A DNA stretch of 64,000 bases. It comes from an uncultured Phycisphaeraceae bacterium (GTDB lineage Bacteria > Planctomycetota > Phycisphaerae > Phycisphaerales > UBA1924). The notes under the pieces are model-generated. The model was not told the DNA's origin. It ran no database searches and saw nothing but the letters and a program-made list of their open reading frames with translations. Positions 9,939 to 16,906 of this stretch are shown piece after piece; within the stretch, counting starts at the first letter, position 1, and every line of letters begins with the position of its first letter. Location of the stretch: contig CAYHQQ010000011.1 in assembly GCA_964358855.1 (NCBI GenBank), positions 11,546 through 75,545 on the forward strand. The letters are read 5' to 3'. Made by a program: the position numbers and the translations under genes.

Positions 9939-10127
9939 CTACCGCCCGGACGGATTGCTCCCGCTCCCGCTCGCGGGCGACGAGTTGCCGGATGGCTTGC
10001 TGCCCGAGCCGGAGTCGGACTTGCTGTCCTGGCACCCGGCCAAAGCGAGCATCGCGGCGGCCGCAATGCCGATGGCGGCAACGGAAAGAGTGCGAGATTT
10101 ACGAACGATGGTGGTGCGATGGCTCAT
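9939..10127 (-). CDS. small Ser/Gly-rich lipoprotein (62 aa)
   Basis: ATG 10127 has AGGAG 10 nt upstream. Lipobox MLALAGC is followed by a QDSKSDSGSGSKPSGNSSPASGSGSNPSG low-complexity tail. The size makes it less certain. Confidence 0.55.
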   Translation of the reverse strand: MSHRTTIVRKSRTLSVAAIGIAAAAMLALAGCQDSKSDSGSGSKPSGNSSPASGSGSNPSGR

Positions 10128-10149
10128 GGGGAACGGACTCCTAGTCCAC

Positions 10150-10183
10150 AGGGAACAGGAAGCCCGGTGGGCTTATTCCGTGC
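10150..10183. promoter_or_regulatory. bipartite palindromic motif, copy S5 (AGGGAACAG-N16-ATTCCGTGC; on the minus strand it reads GGAAT-N18-GTTCCC)
   Basis: 15/18 match to the S1/S2 motif with an identical 16-nt spacer. On the minus strand it sits 23 nt upstream of the small-lipoprotein ATG (10127). The spacer is itself self-complementary (GAAGCCC-ggt-GGGCTT). Confidence 0.45.
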
Positions 10184-10263
10184 CTTTGGGACCGGCCTCG
10201 CGGAAGCCATAGGCGAACACGGCCACCCAGCACGGCCGTCACGGCGTGGGGGCTTCACGCCGC

Positions 10264-10297
10264 ATGGAATACCAGCATACCCGTCGCCATTCCCCTT
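10264..10297 (+). promoter_or_regulatory. bipartite motif, copy S3 (ATGGAATAC-N16-ATTCCCCTT)
   Basis: 14/18 match to S1/S2 with an identical 16-nt spacer. It lies 47 nt upstream of the DUF2934 gene ATG (10345). Weak on its own. Confidence 0.35.
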
Positions 10298-10344
10298 CGT
10301 GACTCGACGCGATTACCGACCGCAACGAAGCGAAAGGACCGTCC

Positions 10345-10614
10345 ATGAAACCCTCCCCGTCCGCGTCCGTCACGGCCGCACCCTCGAATCAGCCGCACGC
10401 CGAAAGCACGGCGGTCACCCACGACTGCATCTGCAAGCGGGCGCATGAACTGTTCCTGGCCCGCAATGGCGGCCCGGGCGATGCGGCGTCGGATTGGTGT
10501 CAGGCCGAGAAGGAACTCTGCGAGGCGTGCGACCACGCGCCTCCGGAATCCACCGACCCGCTGGTGATCGAGACTCGCACGAGGTCCGCCGCTACAACCA
10601 TCGTCCGCAAATAG
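10345..10614 (+). CDS. DUF2934-family protein
   Basis: ATG 10345 has AAAGGA 7 nt upstream. The motif RAHELFLARNGGPGDAASDWCQAEKEL matches the DUF2934 signature (ERAYELW..RG...G...DW..AE.EL). Confidence 0.7.
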   Translation: MKPSPSASVTAAPSNQPHAESTAVTHDCICKRAHELFLARNGGPGDAASDWCQAEKELCEACDHAPPESTDPLVIETRTRSAATTIVRK

Positions 10615-10687
10615 CTCGACAAGGCCGATACGTCGCGTCCGCACGCGCTCGGCCGACGGTTCGCGCGAATCATCGAAGGACCACTCC

Positions 10688-11146
10688 ATGCCCAACACCC
10701 ATGAACCAGCCGCCGTCCGCCCGCACCAGCCCAGCGATCCGGCAAGCGCCGCCCCGCGTCCCGCGCGGATCGCGCTGGTGGGCCACTGCGGGCCGGACTC
10801 GTGGATGCTCAAGGGGGTCGTCGCCCGCGCCTTCCCCGGGGCTGAGGTCGCGATGGTGAACGACACCGCGTCCGCGCAGGCCCACGCCGAGAAGGCCGAC
10901 CTCTTGCTGGTGAATCGCACACTCGACGGCGACTTCTTCGCCGGCTCGGGACTCGACCTGATCCGCGTCCTGCTGTCGGTGGCGAAGCGTCACGCCGCGC
11001 TCATGCTCGTGAGCAACCACGCCGATGCCCAGGCGCAGGCCGAAGGCCTCGGCGCAGCGCCGGGGTTCGGCAAGTCCAAGGCCGGCTCGCCCGAAGCGGC
11101 GCAGCGGATGCGTGCCGCCGTAGCGCACGCAGCCACGCGGCCGTAG
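10688..11146 (+). CDS. hypothetical protein, receiver-like (possible pseudo-receiver)
   Basis: ATG 10688 has GAAGGA 7 nt upstream. The beta-alpha pattern IALVGHCGPD / ADLLLVNRTLDG / GLDLIRVL / ALMLVSNH / GFGKSK resembles a CheY-like fold, with Asn where the phospho-Asp would be. Competing antisense ORFs are Arg-rich. Confidence 0.55.
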   Translation: MPNTHEPAAVRPHQPSDPASAAPRPARIALVGHCGPDSWMLKGVVARAFPGAEVAMVNDTASAQAHAEKADLLLVNRTLDGDFFAGSGLDLIRVLLSVAKRHAALMLVSNHADAQAQAEGLGAAPGFGKSKAGSPEAAQRMRAAVAHAATRP

Positions 11147-11232
11147 ACCCACGCGGTCTCGCGGCCCTGGAACGAGACGAGCCGAGCGTGTGTGTCGGCT
11201 TGCCCTGGCCTCCCGCTGAAAGGAGATCGCTC

Positions 11233-11778
11233 ATGCGAGTAACCGTCACCGACACCGACATCCAGCGTGCCTTCGAGATCGTCAGGGGCGACCCCTGCTT
11301 CGCCGAGAGCGTGGCTGCGATGAAGGCCGGTAAACGACCCGGCGAGATGCTCCAGGCCATGTCACTCCGCCCCGAACTGCTCGCGGGCTTCTCCAAACTG
11401 GGCGAGGGCTTCTACCCCGGCGGCATCGTCGAGCGTGACCTCAAGGAACTGGTCATCCTCGAATCCTCCCGTTCCAACGCCTGCCAGTTCTGCACGGGCG
11501 TACACGTCGTCATCGCCCGCATGATGGGCATCGGCGACGACCCGCTGAGATTGCTCGACGAGCCGCAGCGACAGACCGCCCGCCAACGCCTCGCGCTGGA
11601 GTACACCAGGGCCGCGATGGCCGACTCCAACCGCGTGAGCGACGACCTCTTCGCCCGGCTGAAGACCGTCTTCACCGACGCGGAGATCGTGGAGATCACG
11701 TTTCTGATCGGGAACATCAACTGCCTGAACCTATTCAACAACTGCCTGCGGGTGATGTACCACGGGGAGTACGACTGA
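11233..11778 (+). CDS. carboxymuconolactone decarboxylase / AhpD-like family protein
   Basis: Trimmed to ATG 11233 (AGGAG at 11221-11225). SRSNACQFCTGVH is a CxxC motif typical of the AhpD/CMD fold. Confidence 0.8.
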   Translation: MRVTVTDTDIQRAFEIVRGDPCFAESVAAMKAGKRPGEMLQAMSLRPELLAGFSKLGEGFYPGGIVERDLKELVILESSRSNACQFCTGVHVVIARMMGIGDDPLRLLDEPQRQTARQRLALEYTRAAMADSNRVSDDLFARLKTVFTDAEIVEITFLIGNINCLNLFNNCLRVMYHGEYD

Positions 11779-11779
11779 A

Positions 11780-12016
11780 ATGTGGATCTCTCGCTTCAAA
11801 CGCTTTGTGACTGTCAGCTTGGCGATATTTGCCGTTCTGTTCTGTGTCCAACTGCTCAAGGGTTACGAACCTGCCACGGCCGCACGGTTCGCAGTCATAT
11901 GGGCGGCGGTATCGGCATCATTGTTTGTGGTGACCGGGATGTACTACGCGCGGCGGAAGATCGACTGCCCTATCTGCAACGAACCGATGACGCGGCCGAC
12001 CTCAGAAAAGCGCTGA
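11780..12016 (+). CDS. small two-TM membrane protein with C-terminal CPIC motif
   Basis: ATG lies 1 nt after the preceding stop (TGAAATG). Two hydrophobic helices (VTVSLAIFAVLFCVQLL, FAVIWAAVSASLFVVTGMYY), then DCPICNEP. Confidence 0.55.
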   Translation: MWISRFKRFVTVSLAIFAVLFCVQLLKGYEPATAARFAVIWAAVSASLFVVTGMYYARRKIDCPICNEPMTRPTSEKR

Positions 12017-12024
12017 GCGACTCA

Positions 12025-12843
12025 TTACAGTCCCAGCATCTTCGCCATCATCCTGGCCTTGTGCAGCAGCGACATGGCGGGCGGGTTCGCCGCGTTGTGG
12101 TGCAGGACCAGCACGGTGAGGTCGTCGGTCCGCGTGCCGGGCTGCCAGCCGAACTCGGCATCCACCGCAGCAATAAGGGAGCGGCCGAAGACCGCCGGGT
12201 CGGCCCCGCCGACGGTGCGGGCCAGGGCGAGCAGGCCCTCCTCGCCGATTGATTTGGCGGGCGGGCCGCCCGTCTCGATCAGGCCGTCGGAGTAGAGCAC
12301 GACCAGGTCGCCCTTGCCCAGCGTGACGGCGAACTGGTGGTACTCGGTGGGGTGGATGATGCCCAGCGGCAGGCCGCCCGACGATGCCGTGCCGCTCGTG
12401 TGTTCGTGCGACAGGAGCGACCACGTGCCCGAGGCGGCGTGGTACCAGAGCGGCCGGGGGTGGCCCGCCAGGCAGGCGATCAGCTCGTCGGTGGGCGCGA
12501 AGTAGGTCGCCAGGGCGGCGGTGGCGAAGATGCCGTTCTTGCTGAGCCGCCCGAAGGCGCGGTTGAGGGCGCGGGCGAAGCGGGTCTGGTCGGGGGTGCC
12601 CACGTGCTTGCGCATGAGCGTCCGCAGGTCGAGCGCCAGGTCATCCACGGCGGTGCCGTGCCCGGCCACATCCGCGAGCACGAAGCGGGCGATGCGCCCC
12701 TCGCCGCACATCGAGACGTAGTGGATATCGCCCCCGCTCGCCTCGCCGTGGTACGGCTGGCTGTAGAGCCAGGCGTCGATGCCGTGCACCGAGATGCCGC
12801 TCTCGGCGGCGATGTTGCCGCCCCAGACCTCCATGCATTGCAT
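12025..12843 (-). CDS. PP2C-family (SpoIIE/RsbU-type) serine phosphatase, stand-alone catalytic domain
   Basis: Motifs MEVWGGN, ASGGDIHYV, FVLADVAGHG, VVLYSDGLIE and DDLTVLVL. Trimmed to ATG 12843. The start is uncertain (no strong SD; the ORF extends to 12984). Confidence 0.8.
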   Translation of the reverse strand: MQCMEVWGGNIAAESGISVHGIDAWLYSQPYHGEASGGDIHYVSMCGEGRIARFVLADVAGHGTAVDDLALDLRTLMRKHVGTPDQTRFARALNRAFGRLSKNGIFATAALATYFAPTDELIACLAGHPRPLWYHAASGTWSLLSHEHTSGTASSGGLPLGIIHPTEYHQFAVTLGKGDLVVLYSDGLIETGGPPAKSIGEEGLLALARTVGGADPAVFGRSLIAAVDAEFGWQPGTRTDDLTVLVLHHNAANPPAMSLLHKARMMAKMLGL

Positions 12844-12886
12844 CGTATGTGAGTGCGGGGACTCTTTAGGCAGCGGGATGGCATGT

Positions 12887-13252
12887 TCAGTCGCGGGGAG
12901 CAACGTTTGGATTCTCGCGGAAGTGGGGATCGAGGAGCGTGATGAGGGCGCAGCGGGCCCGGTGCAGCATACGGGCGACTTCACCGCGCGGCAGGTCCAG
13001 TTGCTGAGCGAGTTCGTCCTTGCTCATGCCTTGGCCATCGTGCAGCCGGGAGATTGTTTGATACGGGTCGGGCAGACGAGCGATCGCGGCCAGCACGATC
13101 TCGCGGTCGAGCTCGTCGCTCGCCGCGTTGGTGTCTCGCCACGGGCCGTGCGGACGAACGGCACGGCCGCTGGCGTCGAAAGCTGGCAGTAGGTCGTCGA
13201 GTGCATCGCTGGAACAACGCATGGCGGGGACGGTTGACTGCCGGAGGCTCAT
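12887..13252 (-). CDS. sigma-70 region-4-only HTH protein (121 aa)
   Basis: ATG 13252 overlaps the MTA-phosphorylase stop as ATGA. The C-terminal part (REIVLAAIARLPDPYQTISRLHDGQGMSKDELAQQLDLPRGEVARMLHRARCALITLL) matches ECF sigma region 4.2. No region-2-like sequence is visible. Confidence 0.7.
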   Translation of the reverse strand: MSLRQSTVPAMRCSSDALDDLLPAFDASGRAVRPHGPWRDTNAASDELDREIVLAAIARLPDPYQTISRLHDGQGMSKDELAQQLDLPRGEVARMLHRARCALITLLDPHFRENPNVAPRD

Positions 13253-14199
13253 GGGCAGCCTCCGGGGTTCTGAGCCGACAACTCCGGGAAGTATCGCCCC
13301 CAGATCGGACGCAGGCGTTCGACCTCGGCGGCGGGGATCAGGTCCTTCTTGGTCCAAATACCGAGCTTCAAGGCGTCGTGCGCGGGGCTCGGATGATCGC
13401 GGAGCATCGACACATCGCGCAGGGCGGCTTCGATGAGTTGGGCCGCGGCGTCGGCGCTCTTGTGCAGGTTGCCGATGATCTCCGTGAGCAGCGATTCGGG
13501 GGCTTGGCCCGGCCTTGGCTTCCGCTGCTTCCAGCAGTCGTAGTCGGTGGGCAGGGTGATGAGGGCGTAGGCGATCTCTGCCTCGCGGGCCAGGCGGGCC
13601 TCGGGCAGAGCGGTCATGCCGACCACGTCGGCTCCAAACGCCCGGTGCATCTCGCTCTCGGCCCGCGTGGAGAACGCGGGGCCGTCGATGCAGATGTAGG
13701 TGCCGTCGGGATAGACCTCGATGCCCTTCTCGTTTACGCGCGGCGCGGCGGACTGGAGCCAGTCTCGCATCACAGGGCAGCAGGGGTCGGCGAACTCGAT
13801 GTGGACGGCGGCAGAATCAAAGAACGTGCGGTCGGCGCCACGCGCGCCACTCCCGCTGGTGCGATCAATGAGTTGGTCCACCAGCAACACGCCGCCGGGG
13901 CGGATCTCCTCCCGCAGCGAGCCGACCGCGCCGGTGGCGACGATGTGCGTCACGCCGAGAGTCTTGAGGGCGTAGATGTTCGCCCGGTACGGCGCGCGGT
14001 GCGGCGGAATGGTGTGCCCGGTGCCGTGACGCTTGAGGATGGCGAGTTGGATGTCGGTACCCGCGAGCCTTCCGATGGCGATGGGAGCGCTCGGCGGACC
14101 GAACGGGGTTTGGACCTCGACGGCTTCGGGCGATTCGAGCAGCCCGCTCGCCGAGAGCCGGTCTTCCAGGCCGCTGCCTCCGATGATGGCGATCCGCAT
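13249..14199 (-). CDS. mtnP: S-methyl-5'-thioadenosine phosphorylase (MTAP/PNP family)
   Basis: MRIAIIGGSGL...TPFGPPSAPIAIG...ILKRHGTGHTIPPHRAPYRANIYALKTLGVTHIVATGAVGSL is a classic MTAP signature. GGAG lies 6 nt upstream of ATG 14199. Confidence 0.9.
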   Translation of the reverse strand: MRIAIIGGSGLEDRLSASGLLESPEAVEVQTPFGPPSAPIAIGRLAGTDIQLAILKRHGTGHTIPPHRAPYRANIYALKTLGVTHIVATGAVGSLREEIRPGGVLLVDQLIDRTSGSGARGADRTFFDSAAVHIEFADPCCPVMRDWLQSAAPRVNEKGIEVYPDGTYICIDGPAFSTRAESEMHRAFGADVVGMTALPEARLAREAEIAYALITLPTDYDCWKQRKPRPGQAPESLLTEIIGNLHKSADAAAQLIEAALRDVSMLRDHPSPAHDALKLGIWTKKDLIPAAEVERLRPIWGRYFPELSAQNPGGCP

Positions 14200-14299
14200 G
14201 AGAACTCCGTAGGTGAAGGACGAAGACGGGCCGTGGTCGGCGTGTGATCAGGGCCGGGAACCGTACCCGTGCCGCATCCCGCCTTTGAGCCTTGGTTGG

Positions 14300-14337
14300 A
14301 GAAGGGAATAGGGCCGGGCCCTCGCCTATTCCCTTCT
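14300..14337. promoter_or_regulatory. bipartite palindromic motif, copy S1 (AGGGAATAG-N16-ATTCCCTTC inside a perfect 13-bp inverted repeat)
   Basis: AGAAGGGAATAGG (14300-14312) and CCTATTCCCTTCT (14325-14337) are exact reverse complements. The site lies in the divergent mtnP/arsM intergenic region, 83 nt upstream of the arsM ATG. It reads GGAAT-N18-ATT on both strands. The 18 core positions are identical to S2. Confidence 0.65.
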
Positions 14338-14419
14338 GACCAGCCCGTGCACCCGAACAGCACCGGGATGCACCCGGCCGGAGACGTTTCGGATTACCGC
14401 TACTGGGAGCAGACAACGC

Positions 14420-15670
14420 ATGAGCAACGCGACCTTGAATGGAACGACACACAACAATGGCTCGGCGAAGCCCGCCCCTCATGCTGAGCCCGAGACGCCG
14501 CATGGTGTTGACGCCATCGAGGGCGCGGTGCTCGGCCGCTACGCCGAGGCGTCGAAGGCTCCCGAGGCCGCGTTGTGCTGCCCGACCATCAACTATGACA
14601 AGGCCCTGCTCGCCATGCTGCCGCAGGAGATCATCGAGAAGGACTACGGCTGCGGCGATCCGAGCAAATACGTCGGAGAAGGCGAGACCGTCGTCGATCT
14701 CGGGTCGGGCGGGGGCAAGGTCTGCTACATGATCTCCAAGAAGGTGGGGACACGCGGGGCGGTCCTCGGTGTGGACTTCAACGATCCCATGCTCGCGCTG
14801 GCCCGCAAGTACCAGGGCGAGATGGCGGGCAAGATCGGCTGGGCGAACACATACTTCGTCAAGGCTCGCATCCAAGACATGGGGCTGGACCTTGATGCGC
14901 TGGCCGCGTGGCTGGCGGAGCACCCGGTGACGACGCTCGACGCCGCCGACGCGCTCGAAGCCGAGAAGCGCCGCATCCGCGCCCACGCGCCTGCGGTGCC
15001 CGGCGACTTCGCCGATGTGGTGGTCTCCAACTGCGTGCTCAACCTCGTGGCCACGGACGAGAAGGGAAAACTATTCGACGAGATCTTCCGCGTGCTCAAG
15101 AAGGGCGGGCGGGCGGTCATCAGCGACATCGTGTGCGACGAGACGCCGCCCGAGTCGATGCGGAATGACCCGCACCTGTGGAGCGGGTGCATCTCCGGGG
15201 CCTTCCGCGAGGACGAGTTCCTGGAGCGGTTCGAGAAGGCCGGGTTCCACGGGATCGAAATACTTGAACGTGCCACCGAGCCGTGGCAGGTGGTCAACGG
15301 CATCGAGTTCCGGTCGATGACCGTGCGGGCGTACAAGGGCAAGCAGGGGCCGTGCTTCGAGCACAACCAGGCGGTGGTCTACAAGGGGCCGTGGAAGAAG
15401 GTCGTGGATGACGATGGGCACACGCTGGTCCGCGGCGAGCGGATGGCGGTGAGCGACAAGACGTATCAACTGATGACCGATGCGAAGGGGCCGTACTCCG
15501 GGCAGGTCGTGGGCATCGAGCCGCGCACGCCGATCGCCGCCGAGGAGGCCAAGCCGTTTGCTTGCCAGAAGCAGGCGACCCGCGATCCGCGCCAGACCAA
15601 GGGGCTCGACTACCGCGAGACCATCGCCGCCGATAGCGAGTCTTGCTGCACAGACGGCTCGTGCTGCTGA
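14420..15670 (+). CDS. arsM: arsenite S-adenosylmethionine methyltransferase-like (ArsM family)
   Basis: Conserved Cys contexts ALCCPT and YGCGDP. SAM motif VVDLGSGGG. VVSNCVLNL...FRVLKKGGRAVISDIV. Cys-rich tail CCTDGSCC. Sits two genes upstream of an ArsS-like radical SAM gene. Confidence 0.8.
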   Translation: MSNATLNGTTHNNGSAKPAPHAEPETPHGVDAIEGAVLGRYAEASKAPEAALCCPTINYDKALLAMLPQEIIEKDYGCGDPSKYVGEGETVVDLGSGGGKVCYMISKKVGTRGAVLGVDFNDPMLALARKYQGEMAGKIGWANTYFVKARIQDMGLDLDALAAWLAEHPVTTLDAADALEAEKRRIRAHAPAVPGDFADVVVSNCVLNLVATDEKGKLFDEIFRVLKKGGRAVISDIVCDETPPESMRNDPHLWSGCISGAFREDEFLERFEKAGFHGIEILERATEPWQVVNGIEFRSMTVRAYKGKQGPCFEHNQAVVYKGPWKKVVDDDGHTLVRGERMAVSDKTYQLMTDAKGPYSGQVVGIEPRTPIAAEEAKPFACQKQATRDPRQTKGLDYRETIAADSESCCTDGSCC

Positions 15671-15730
15671 GTTCTTCCATCGTTTGATCTGTTCGTGGTC
15701 CCGCGCGAGTCGCGGGCACTTGGAGTGTGC

Positions 15731-16885
15731 ATGGCTGTTGCTCTCATCATCGCGGTGCTCTGGCTGGCCTACAGCAACGGAGCCAACGACAACTTCAAGG
15801 GTGTCGCGACGCTCTACGGCAGCGGTGCGGCCACGTTCAATCGTGCCCGGATGTGGGCGACGTTTGCCACGCTCGCCGGGAGCCTTGTGTCCGTCGTGCT
15901 CGCCGCGACGCTCGCCAAGCAGTTCACGGGAAGCGGGCTGGTGCCCGCGGAACTCGCCAGCAGTTCGGCGTTGCTCGTGTCGGTCGGCGCGGCCGGCGCG
16001 GCGACCGTGCTGCTCGCGACCTTCCTCGGCATGCCGACCTCGACGACGCACGCGCTCACTGGCGCGCTCGTGGGCGTCGCGCTGCTCGTCAACGGCGGTA
16101 CGGTGCCCCTCGCCAAACTGTGGACGAGCTTCTTCATGCCGCTCCTGGTGAGCCCGGTGATAGCGGTAGCGCTCGCAGGAGGGATGTACCTGGTCCTTCG
16201 CCGCCTGCGTCTGGCGATGGGCGTCACCCGCGAGACCTGCGTATGCGTCGGTCCGTCGCGGACGCTGGTTCCCGTGGGCCTCACCGTTGGAGGCTCGGGC
16301 ACCACTTCGTCATCGTTCCACACGGGAGCCGGCCCGAAGGGTCTGAGCGTGACGATTGGCAAGACCTCGCAGTGCGTCGAGCGGTACTCGGGTACGCTCG
16401 TCGGCGTCGATGCCCAGACTGCGGTCACCACCGTCCACTACGCCAGCGCGAGTGCGGTCTGCTTCGCCCGCGCCGTCAACGACACACCCAAGATCGCGGC
16501 GCTGCTCATGGTCGGCGAGGCCATCGCGGGTTGGAAGCTCGCCGTGGTGGCCGCGGCAATGGTCATGGGCGGCCTCATCCAGTCTCGCAAAGTCGCCGAG
16601 ACCATGAGCAAACGCATCACCGCACTCAACCCGGGCCAGGGCCTCACTGGCAACTTCGTCACGGCCCTGCTCGTCATCGGCGCCTCGCGTCTCGGGCTGC
16701 CCGTCTCCACAACGCACGTCTCGGTCGGGTCGATCTTCGGGATCGGCATCGCTGGCGGGAATCCCCAATGGAAGACCGTCGGTCACATCGGCACGGCCTG
16801 GCTCACCACGCTCCCCCTCGGCGGCGTGCTGGGCGCAGGTCTGTACTACCTTCTCACCCACGCCCATCTCGCCTCAGGCCAGTAA
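15731..16885 (+). CDS. PiT-family (PHO4) inorganic phosphate transporter
   Basis: Trimmed to ATG 15731 (GGAG at 15722-15725). SNGANDNFKGVATLYGSG and the C-terminal repeat TTHVSVGSIFGIG are the paired PiT signature motifs. Multi-TM throughout. Confidence 0.85.
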   Translation: MAVALIIAVLWLAYSNGANDNFKGVATLYGSGAATFNRARMWATFATLAGSLVSVVLAATLAKQFTGSGLVPAELASSSALLVSVGAAGAATVLLATFLGMPTSTTHALTGALVGVALLVNGGTVPLAKLWTSFFMPLLVSPVIAVALAGGMYLVLRRLRLAMGVTRETCVCVGPSRTLVPVGLTVGGSGTTSSSFHTGAGPKGLSVTIGKTSQCVERYSGTLVGVDAQTAVTTVHYASASAVCFARAVNDTPKIAALLMVGEAIAGWKLAVVAAAMVMGGLIQSRKVAETMSKRITALNPGQGLTGNFVTALLVIGASRLGLPVSTTHVSVGSIFGIGIAGGNPQWKTVGHIGTAWLTTLPLGGVLGAGLYYLLTHAHLASGQ

Positions 16886-16906
16886 GCACGCTCGGAGTCT
16901 CTCTTT

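Noticed and set aside
8111-10081. ORF-track N-terminal extensions of many genes. Examples: 8111..10081, 32606..35131, 25392..27353, 27181..29499, 59019..61343, 51499..53400, 58342..59568, 42402..43649.
   Set aside because: The extensions are Arg/Pro-rich and overlap upstream genes. Internal starts with GGAG-type SDs, signal peptides or ATGA/GTGA stop-start overlaps give proteins of normal family length.
10098-10614. The shared peptide TTIVRK at the C-terminus of the DUF2934 protein and the N-terminus of the small lipoprotein, with about 15/18 nt similarity.
   Set aside because: The match is too short to distinguish from chance and there is no flanking similarity.
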